From NCBI GenBank assembly GCA_027459745.1, contig DAIDHL010000001.1, forward strand, positions 168,290 through 232,289: a stretch of DNA of 64,000 nucleotides, in the 5' to 3' direction. This DNA is from Candidatus Levyibacteriota bacterium (GTDB lineage: Bacteria > Patescibacteriota > Microgenomatia > Levybacterales > UBA12049). A program made the translations under genes and the position numbers. The notes beneath the pieces were generated by a model, which worked only from the letters and a program-made list of their open reading frames with translations, did no database searches and had not been told where the DNA came from. Positions 31,005 to 38,483 of this stretch are shown here, one piece after another (positions within the stretch are counted from its first letter, which is position 1; every line of letters starts with the position of its first letter).

Positions 31005-31778
31005 GTGAGACGAGAATTATTGTGTCTGAAATTAGGTGGATCTATAATCACAAATAAAGCAAAACCATATACTGCCGATATCACAAATATAGAGTCTATT
31101 GTTAGTTTACTGCAGAGTATAAAAATACCTTTGGTGATAGTACATGGCAGTGGAAGTTTCGGACATGTGTCGGCTAAGAAATATGGAGGAATACATGGTT
31201 ATTCATCTGCTAAAGGTATAGCTAAAGTAGCTTATGATGCTTCACATATAAACCAAATTTTAATGGAGGTATTTATTAAATATAAAATGCCTGTAATCTC
31301 ATTTAGTCCTCGTAGTTTTTTGTTAGCAAGTGACGGAAAACTTAAAGAAGCTTTTTTGCGTCCGATTGAGCAGGCATTAGATCAAAGCTTAATTCCTGTT
31401 ACCTTTGGAGATGTAATTTGGGATGAATCATGGAATAGTACGATATTTTCTGGAGAAGAAACATTAAATATTATGTACCGTTTTTTGTGCAAGAAGTATT
31501 TTTTTACAAAAATCATCGAGCTTACTGATGTTAATGGCGTATTAGACTCTTATGGGAATATTATACCGTTGATAAACGCACAGAATTGGCAAGAGGTAAA
31601 AACATACTTTCATAGCTCTAAAAATCCAGACGTTACAGGGGGTATGCGACATAAAGTGGAAAAAGCACTGGAAATGGCTAAATCAGGAGTAAAGACTTTA
31701 ATTATAAATGGCAAGGACCAATCAGCAGTTAAAAAGGCTTTAAATGGTGGTCAAGTAGGAACATTAATTTCAAATTAA
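31005..31778 (+). CDS. isopentenyl phosphate kinase (amino acid kinase family)
   Basis: LKLGGSIITNK, VHGSGSFGH, FGD, SGE, DVTGGM..KV. Confidence 0.88.
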   Translation: MRRELLCLKLGGSIITNKAKPYTADITNIESIVSLLQSIKIPLVIVHGSGSFGHVSAKKYGGIHGYSSAKGIAKVAYDASHINQILMEVFIKYKMPVISFSPRSFLLASDGKLKEAFLRPIEQALDQSLIPVTFGDVIWDESWNSTIFSGEETLNIMYRFLCKKYFFTKIIELTDVNGVLDSYGNIIPLINAQNWQEVKTYFHSSKNPDVTGGMRHKVEKALEMAKSGVKTLIINGKDQSAVKKALNGGQVGTLISN

Positions 31779-31781
31779 ATT

Positions 31782-32411
31782 ATGGAACGGATTGTATTGT
31801 CAAATCAAGAACAGAAAGAAATGAGTCGTCCGGTAATAGGGATGGCTGCCGTTATTATTAATGCCAGTACGGGGGAAATATGGTCAGTTGAAGAGCAAGT
31901 ATCCAAAGCACTTACGGGCCGGCAAGCCGGACAGCTATCAATTCCACTTGAGACGAGAAAAATAGGAGAAAGTATAATGAGCAATTTAGAAGGAGCTATG
32001 GCAGAAGCATCGAGTGATAAAGATAGCGTGGGTAATGATGTAAGAGAGCAGGTTATAGGAAATCTATTCCATTTTAATACAATTCCTCAAGGCGTAGTAA
32101 TTGTACCAGTGGGTAGTAGAATGATCAGATGCGACTTGTCAGTTTTATTATATGGTGGTATGGATACACTACCTCAACCTTATTCGACGGAAGTAATCAA
32201 TGCTCGTTGGATTGACCCTGTAAAATTATTAGAAGGAAATGTAAGGCCTTTAGCTAGGGATGTTGTAAATTATACTTTAGATTCAGGGCTTTATGTCAAA
32301 AGTTTGTCCCATTTCAGACAAGAACCCTGGAGAGCGCAAAAAACATTTTCACCTAATTTTTCTATAATTTCAAATCATACAAGACGAGAATTGTTACCTG
32401 ATTGTAGCTAG
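31782..32411 (+). CDS. hypothetical protein, possibly a degenerate NUDIX fold
   Basis: SIP.ET...GES....A..E and EV..ARW resemble NUDIX elements. Confidence 0.5.
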   Translation: MERIVLSNQEQKEMSRPVIGMAAVIINASTGEIWSVEEQVSKALTGRQAGQLSIPLETRKIGESIMSNLEGAMAEASSDKDSVGNDVREQVIGNLFHFNTIPQGVVIVPVGSRMIRCDLSVLLYGGMDTLPQPYSTEVINARWIDPVKLLEGNVRPLARDVVNYTLDSGLYVKSLSHFRQEPWRAQKTFSPNFSIISNHTRRELLPDCS

Positions 32412-32457
32412 ATTATACTTATAAGTATAATAAAATTTTTTACGGAAAGATTAATCA

Positions 32458-33351
32458 TTAAGACTGATGAATATTAAGAAGTACTTTTCCATCTTGTATA
32501 CCTAAAGTGCTATTTGGATGAGTACTCACATAAGCATTAAGAGTATTGGCAAGCCTTTGCTTCATGGTCTTTATAGATCCTTCTACTCCCGATTCTAAAG
32601 TTCTCTTTCGTAATGATTCAGAAATTCTTTGTTTACTGTCACGTTCGTATAAGATTCCACCCATCTCTTCATAGGGAGATTGTAAGAGGTATTCTCTTAG
32701 CGAACGAAACATATGATCATATTCTGCAATTCCAGTAGAATGTCCTTCTAAACCAAAGTAGCATAAGTAGCTTAAATGAGGATCTTTATATGGGGAATAA
32801 CGTTCTGTGCCATCGGTTTCCATGTTTTTTCTAATTCTTTCAGAATAGCCTGTTGCGAATTGTTCGTCTCTTTCTATAAGATATACAGCTATTTTTGAGA
32901 GTACTTGTGAAGGAACATTCGGCTCCAATTGTTTATCTGTATCTTCCTCAGTATCTGGCGTCTCTCCATTAAAATAAGCCATCATATTTTTAATTTCCAT
33001 CTGAGTATCATTTTCGATTGTTTCAACACTAAACGGCATTTCAGTATCAGGATCGGGGTTATGTAATGATATTTTTTTTGTCAGCGTAGTGCTGCTGTCT
33101 TGTTCACCCGGATTTAGAAAATTTATGAGAACTTTTTTACTAGATTCAAAGAGTTCTGCAGCAAAAGTCTCGTCTATTTTCCATTCAGGATGAAGTTGAT
33201 GAATATATTGAAAAAACAAGTCTTGCAAATCAGGATAACCTTGTGAAAATCGGAAAGAAGAGAACAATAGTTTGGTGGCATACTGAATGGATAATTCTCC
33301 TTTTTGTCGTTCATCTGAAGAACTACCGTCAATCTGAGCTTCGCCTGGCAT
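32458..33351 (-). CDS. hypothetical protein
   Basis: 297-aa ORF; TATAAT 8 nt before ATG. Confidence 0.65.
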   Translation of the reverse strand: MPGEAQIDGSSSDERQKGELSIQYATKLLFSSFRFSQGYPDLQDLFFQYIHQLHPEWKIDETFAAELFESSKKVLINFLNPGEQDSSTTLTKKISLHNPDPDTEMPFSVETIENDTQMEIKNMMAYFNGETPDTEEDTDKQLEPNVPSQVLSKIAVYLIERDEQFATGYSERIRKNMETDGTERYSPYKDPHLSYLCYFGLEGHSTGIAEYDHMFRSLREYLLQSPYEEMGGILYERDSKQRISESLRKRTLESGVEGSIKTMKQRLANTLNAYVSTHPNSTLGIQDGKVLLNIHQS

Positions 33352-33399
33352 ACGTAAATATTATAATATTATTGATAGTATATCAACAATTCAAAAATT

Positions 33400-33567
33400 T
33401 CGGTCAAACTTACATAGATCCTAAGCCGGGGGTTCTTCGTGTGCTGCTTGGTTCGATATGTCCCGCTGGGTTGGCATGGTCATATTCTGGCTTATCGAAT
33501 CGCGAGTTTAACAAGCAATATCAGGCTATTCTTGATATAGGAAGTGGTAATTTTGCAATGAGTACCC
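33400..33567 (+). repeat. direct repeat copy 1 (orphan 3' end of the serine recombinase gene)
   Basis: Matches 39820-39987 with 4 mismatches (33420, 33423, 33428, 33436); identical over 33437-33567. Confidence 0.97.
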
Positions 33568-33589
33568 TCAATGCAAATACCATCGAACC
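33552..33589. other. att-like site 1 (serine recombinase)
   Basis: TTTGCAATGAG-TACC-CTCAATGCAAA dyad (10/11), repeat homology stops just past the core, TCGAACC at 33583-33589. Confidence 0.7.
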
Positions 33590-33668
33590 GCTTTTGCTTT
33601 GGATCTTTAACTTAATGCATGTTTTTGGGTATAAAGAAAGAGCCTATCGTGTATAATACCATTAGTAT

Positions 33669-33992
33669 ATGAGTACCAAGGCAGATAATGAGATATTGCC
33701 AGAAGATAAGATACAACTCAATCAGGATCAAGAAAATTTGATTACGTTGGCCTTCGCAAAACAGATACCAGTTGACGATGCTGAATTCATTGAAAAGATA
33801 CAAAAACAGGACAGGCCATCAACTGGTGCTTATATTGAGATTGAGGAGTATTTTACAAAGAAATATGGCGAAGAATTTGGGAGAATCTTTCTTGCTACAA
33901 TTACTGGTGGAGAAGCAAGCTACAAAAATACAATAGAGAAGCTTGAGAAAGAACGAGCTCAGAAAAGAATACGTCTTGGAAATAGTAATTAG
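33669..33992 (+). CDS. hypothetical protein
   Basis: 107-aa acidic ORF with TATAAT upstream. Confidence 0.65.
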   Translation: MSTKADNEILPEDKIQLNQDQENLITLAFAKQIPVDDAEFIEKIQKQDRPSTGAYIEIEEYFTKKYGEEFGRIFLATITGGEASYKNTIEKLEKERAQKRIRLGNSN

Positions 33993-34213
33993 TCAGGAAA
34001 AATATCTGATGCTTTCACCTTTAATGCCTTAATCACTCTATAGATGTTCTGGAAGGTTGTATTGATCTCTCCCCGTTCAATTTTTGCGTAATAATTACCT
34101 TTCATGCCAATCGCCTTAGCCACTTCCTCTTGAGTAAAGTTACCATTTACTCTTGCGTGACGTATCTTTTCGCCGAATTCTTTTTGAGCTTTATGATTAA
34201 CCTTGGTTGCCAT
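33989..34213 (-). CDS. XRE-family HTH regulator (controller-protein-like)
   Basis: FG.KIR..R, TQEEVA, YAKIERGE.N; leaderless TATACT-6-ATG. Confidence 0.9.
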   Translation of the reverse strand: MATKVNHKAQKEFGEKIRHARVNGNFTQEEVAKAIGMKGNYYAKIERGEINTTFQNIYRVIKALKVKASDIFPD

Positions 34214-34240
34214 AGATAAAGTATAACAAAAATGGCCTCT

Positions 34241-34265
34241 CAGTGATACATTCAGCAGTGATACA
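34241..34265. promoter_or_regulatory. candidate operator between divergent promoters
   Basis: Direct repeat CAGTGATACA at 34241 and 34256, overlapping TACAAT (34262-34267). Confidence 0.55.
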
Positions 34266-34273
34266 ATGAGCTT

Positions 34274-34678
34274 GTGGATACGAGTACACTATCTGAATCA
34301 TTTAAGCAAAAAGTACACAAGGCAATGGAGAAACCATATGTATGGCAAGAAGTTGAAGATCTCCAGACTAACGAACAGCTACTCGCACAGAAATATTTGT
34401 ATGGGAAGTTAAGTGGCAGAGAATTTGATCGTCGACTTACACGAATTCAATCGCAAGTTCCTTCACTTATTATTAAATCTCTCGATGAACTGGAAGCAGT
34501 TATGGATATATTGAATATTGGAGAAGAAATAAAAAGGAAAACGCTTCAAGATATGTCTTTTCAATATGAAAAAGCTGTAAAACAAGGATACTTATGTCGT
34601 TTTAGCGTTTGGTTTTATGAAACTATATATAAAGGAACTGCGATGTATTGCGCAACACAAATATATATAAGTAAATAA
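34274..34678 (+). CDS. hypothetical protein divergent from XRE
   Basis: 134-aa ORF; TACAAT 6 nt before GTG. Confidence 0.65.
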   Translation: MDTSTLSESFKQKVHKAMEKPYVWQEVEDLQTNEQLLAQKYLYGKLSGREFDRRLTRIQSQVPSLIIKSLDELEAVMDILNIGEEIKRKTLQDMSFQYEKAVKQGYLCRFSVWFYETIYKGTAMYCATQIYISK

Positions 34679-34695
34679 AAGTAATGTTCCCAAAC

Positions 34696-37131
34696 CTAAA
34701 AAATTTCAGATATTTTTTTTGCTGATTGAAGTAGCTCATATTTTGTATATCGTGGACTTTGTAGATTAATTCTGGGATTGTCTAAATGTATTGGGTTAAT
34801 TTGATAGATATCAGACAAAAATAGTTTAAATTTGCCGGTTTTCTCGTAAGGTTCTATGTTCTTAATTTTACCCATCCATCTTATTACTTTATTTGGTGCT
34901 ACTTCATATAATGCAAGATATTTGAGCTTCTTTTTTGCCTCGGGAGATAGTTTAACTGCCCACCAGGCATGCTGTTCAATAAATGCTCGGCTAAGACCGT
35001 CATTTTTTGTTGCGCAAATGATAGTATCATAATCTTTATCTATAGATTTAGCTACCCTAAAAACCTTCTTTTCAGGAATATGATCTTTTTGTACAATCTC
35101 AACTGGTTGTTTTGATTTTTCTAGTCTAGAGAATATTCTATCAAACCATTCGATCGCAGATTCCCCGTCTTTTCTAATCAACGGATCGCTATCTTTTGCA
35201 TGAGCTATATCATTACGATATTCCCTTAAATCAGTAAGCCTTTTTTGTAATTCTTCCTTAGAGCCGAAAATTGCTTCAAATAGATTCCAGTTTTTTAGTA
35301 TAATCTTTTGATAATCTCCCACATCACAATAATTCAGATAATCTCTTGTAGAAAAGTCAGTAAGATTTTTATATGGATTACGCTTAAGCTCTGAAGCTAT
35401 TTTAATACTTACATTAACCTTAGTATCCTCAGGTATAGATGTATTCCAATAACCTTGATTTACTGATAATGCTGTTTGTATTGTATCTCTTAGTCTTACC
35501 TCAATCATATCTATCGCTTTTTTAGGATCATTTGATAGTAGCTGCATAATTCTGCCTCCAGTTACTTTTTTAAATTCTTCAAAAATATAATTGGCTCGTT
35601 CTAGGATGAATTGTTCATATCGATTATTTTCAACTGCTTGGCTATAAGGAATCATTTGCACTTTTAGTGTTTCTCCAAAATTTGGATTTTCCTTGCTATA
35701 AGTACTAAAATAATCGCTAGGCGCTTGTTTGGAAATCTCTTTATTAAGTTCTGCAGGGATGAAACAGAAGTTAGCGATTGAGTATTCACTATACTTTATA
35801 CCTTTTGATCTTGATTTTAGGAATTCTTTAGGAAATATATGATGTCTCTCAGCAAGGTTTATGCTTGCACATATGGAATCATCTAAAATAATATTATTAT
35901 TGTTTTTAAAATGCTTGGGACTTTTGCTGGCTAAAAGACAAAAGAAAACATTTCTAAGTGAGGATTTCGTTGTTATTTTTGTTTCGATAATTTCTTCTGG
36001 GGTAAGCGTAATTGGATAGTTAATTTCTACGTTGTCCTTTCCTTCAATAAAGCTGTCAAATATATCTTTTCGATCTTCCCACATGTGTGTATCACGTTGA
36101 CTACCGTATCTTTCGCTTAAGGAAGCTTTCCAAAACCATTCCTGAACTTTTTTGGTTACATTTTGGTTGAATGATGCTTTTGGATATTTATAATAAAGAT
36201 ATATAAGAAGAGAGAGAATTGCAGGGTATGGTAAAAATTCATATGTTTTTACTCCTAAATTTGCAGTAAGATGATCCACAGCTTTTTCTACAGATTGGCA
36301 TACTTTAGGCCATGCTGATTTAATCTCTTCTTTTTTAAGTTCAAATAAATATTTTTGGTTACAATATCCTTTAATAATTAACGCAATAGCTAATAATACT
36401 GGTTCTATTGGAATTTCTCCAAAAGATTTTTTGTCATTTATACTCTTACTTAAGGCCTCATACTTCTCTCGTATGTCAAAATCATCTCCCCACGTACTTG
36501 CGACAACGAGGTCAAAAACTGATAGTTTTTTGCCTCCTTGATTAATTCTTTCAAATATTTCAATCGCATCAGCGAGTTCTTTCTCTTTTACGCTAATTAC
36601 AGATAAAGGGTAATTAGCAAAAATTCCAGTCAGTTTTTGAAATATCTTTTTTCTTTCATCAGTCAAGTTCTTAAATATTTCTAAGGATGTTTCCTGACTA
36701 AAGATATCTCTTACAGAAGCAAAATGATTATCTTTTGTCTCTTCCTCGAAAAAAACCTCATCATCAAAATTAAAGCAGATATTACCATAATTAATGGTAT
36801 CTACTGTTAATCCATTAAACGTAACAAATAAAGCAGTCGCTCTTTGTTGTCCATCAAGAATGTATCTCAAATCTGAGTGGCCGTCTGGTTTTGGTAAATT
36901 TAATTCAGGGAAATCCTTATAAAAAAGATTATATTGTCTATCTGCGTCCCAAACAAAAAAACTTCCTATTGGATACTCTCTATATATTGAGTCTAGCAAG
37001 TCAATAATTTTTTTACGTCCCCACACGAATTTTCTCTGAAAACGCGGTATGCGGAGTGTTCCATTTGATATATCGTAAAGAAGATTAGATAATTTGTAAT
37101 TTGATTTTATTTCAATCTTAGATATTTCCAT
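34696..37131 (-). CDS. GmrSD-like DUF262/HNH protein fused to Swt1-like HEPN and an extra C-terminal domain
   Basis: IPRFQR.FVW, LDGQQR, FERIN.GG (DUF262); HHIFP..N..N (HNH); RNDIAH (HEPN Rx4H); C-terminal AWWAV..YLALY..QSPRYT domain. Confidence 0.85.
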   Translation of the reverse strand: MEISKIEIKSNYKLSNLLYDISNGTLRIPRFQRKFVWGRKKIIDLLDSIYREYPIGSFFVWDADRQYNLFYKDFPELNLPKPDGHSDLRYILDGQQRATALFVTFNGLTVDTINYGNICFNFDDEVFFEEETKDNHFASVRDIFSQETSLEIFKNLTDERKKIFQKLTGIFANYPLSVISVKEKELADAIEIFERINQGGKKLSVFDLVVASTWGDDFDIREKYEALSKSINDKKSFGEIPIEPVLLAIALIIKGYCNQKYLFELKKEEIKSAWPKVCQSVEKAVDHLTANLGVKTYEFLPYPAILSLLIYLYYKYPKASFNQNVTKKVQEWFWKASLSERYGSQRDTHMWEDRKDIFDSFIEGKDNVEINYPITLTPEEIIETKITTKSSLRNVFFCLLASKSPKHFKNNNNIILDDSICASINLAERHHIFPKEFLKSRSKGIKYSEYSIANFCFIPAELNKEISKQAPSDYFSTYSKENPNFGETLKVQMIPYSQAVENNRYEQFILERANYIFEEFKKVTGGRIMQLLSNDPKKAIDMIEVRLRDTIQTALSVNQGYWNTSIPEDTKVNVSIKIASELKRNPYKNLTDFSTRDYLNYCDVGDYQKIILKNWNLFEAIFGSKEELQKRLTDLREYRNDIAHAKDSDPLIRKDGESAIEWFDRIFSRLEKSKQPVEIVQKDHIPEKKVFRVAKSIDKDYDTIICATKNDGLSRAFIEQHAWWAVKLSPEAKKKLKYLALYEVAPNKVIRWMGKIKNIEPYEKTGKFKLFLSDIYQINPIHLDNPRINLQSPRYTKYELLQSAKKISEIF

Positions 37132-37178
37132 ATTTGGATTATATCAAACACAACAACAAGTAAACAGCTTTAGAACAT

Positions 37179-37958
37179 CTACTCATCCACAATCTTCATC
37201 CAGTTTCCCCACGTATGCTTTGTACCAATCAAGGTATCTTTTGTAGTCACATAGATGCTAACTTCTCCCCATTCCTCTCGTAACACAGTACGAGCGCACC
37301 GCATCACTTTTTTCTGTTCATAGGAAGTCTGTGTAACAAGCAGAAGTGTAGGGAATGCTATCTTCATGACGTCTTCATCCCAAGTATCCGCACAAGTGAA
37401 ATATCTTCGAATTTTACTTTTAATAAATCGTTTAGGTATCTTTTCATCAAACAGTTCAAGAAAATAATATTTAGTCTTTGTCCCTTGCTTCGTTACAGAG
37501 AAATAGCCATCAGCTGGGGGTTGCGGAAGATCAACATAACTCGTGAGTTCTATCTTACTAAAAAATGAGACGTCTTTGTCTTGCTCCTTGTAATACTGCT
37601 TTAAAGAGTAAGCAATCTTAGCAATATCACAACAATGGATTTGAAACCGTTGACTCCGTTGCTTTTCTCGATACAGTTGTGACAATATATATGCCTCACA
37701 GTCCTTTTGTGATTTCAAAATCTTCGCTGCTTTACTGGATAAACAATATATTGCCGGCTTAGTACGATTGATAAATGAAGCTTTATCATAAAACTGAACA
37801 ATATATCCTTTATCTACTAAATCTTTAAGCCATTGCTGAATACGAGTAGGGAGTTTATGTTTTAAATAGAGTTGAATAGTTGGTGTATCTAAGAATCTGA
37901 ATTGGTAGAGTAAAAGCATGATAGCTAATTGTTTTTTTGTTATTTTAAATTCTGGCAT
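37179..37958 (-). CDS. replication-relaxation (Replic_Relax, MOB_C-like) protein
   Basis: N-terminal wHTH (LYQFRFL..L.DL..KGYI), PADGYF..YFLE PD-(D/E)xK-like core, FPTLL; paralog of 61670-62434. Confidence 0.8.
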   Translation of the reverse strand: MPEFKITKKQLAIMLLLYQFRFLDTPTIQLYLKHKLPTRIQQWLKDLVDKGYIVQFYDKASFINRTKPAIYCLSSKAAKILKSQKDCEAYILSQLYREKQRSQRFQIHCCDIAKIAYSLKQYYKEQDKDVSFFSKIELTSYVDLPQPPADGYFSVTKQGTKTKYYFLELFDEKIPKRFIKSKIRRYFTCADTWDEDVMKIAFPTLLLVTQTSYEQKKVMRCARTVLREEWGEVSIYVTTKDTLIGTKHTWGNWMKIVDE

Positions 37959-38141
37959 AATAAAACCTCACAACACATACTATTTATATATAAATAGAAA
38001 GATGTGGTACATTATATCTTACTCAGCCGTAAACGCAAGCATTTTTTGCATGCACGCTACACGCAAGATTCTTAACGAGCAAAAACGTAAACTGAAGGGT
38101 GCACATTGGCTAAATACTTGGGGAATTAGCCATTATTCCGC

Positions 38142-38187
38142 TTGACAAGCACTTAATTAATTTATATACTGTCTATATATAGACAGT
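38142..38187 (+). promoter_or_regulatory. promoter of the recombinase operon with a perfect palindromic operator
   Basis: TTGACA(38142)-17-TATACT(38165); 20-bp palindrome ACTGTCTATATATAGACAGT at 38168-38187. Confidence 0.75.
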
Positions 38188-38203
38188 CATTATTTATCCT
38201 GCA

Positions 38204-38482
38204 ATGATTGACAATTCAGAAAAGAAATCTCGACAATTTAATCTAAATTATTTTCCTCAGTCATCCATTTTTGCTAACTCACTAAATGAAATGTTCCCAG
38301 AACAGCAACATGAAGATAAAACTGTCAAGAAAGCAAGAGAAGTTCTAGGAGAAAATTATACTTTAGAACAAACAAAAGAGCTGATGGCTTCTTATGAGTT
38401 TATTATTCAAAAGTGGCTGGAAGAATATGAGAAAAGCATTTTTAACAATAAAACATTAAAAGAGCTACTTCAAAAAAATTAA
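38204..38482 (+). CDS. small protein coupled to the recombinase gene
   Basis: 92-aa ORF ending 1 nt before the recombinase ATG. Confidence 0.7.
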   Translation: MIDNSEKKSRQFNLNYFPQSSIFANSLNEMFPEQQHEDKTVKKAREVLGENYTLEQTKELMASYEFIIQKWLEEYEKSIFNNKTLKELLQKN

Positions 38483-38483
38483 T

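Noticed and set aside
33445-33590. GGTTCGA and TCGAACC as a tRNA gene or fragment
   Set aside because: No cloverleaf can be built on either strand; only the short motif is present
33243-33656. 137-aa ORF as an independent gene
   Set aside because: Its 5' part is antisense to the 32458-33351 gene and its promoter; the only meaningful portion is the duplicated recombinase 3' end plus the alternative tail
37918-38145. 75-aa ORF between relaxase and recombinase operon
   Set aside because: Overlaps the relaxase start and the promoter region with no motif; more likely a non-coding control or oriT region
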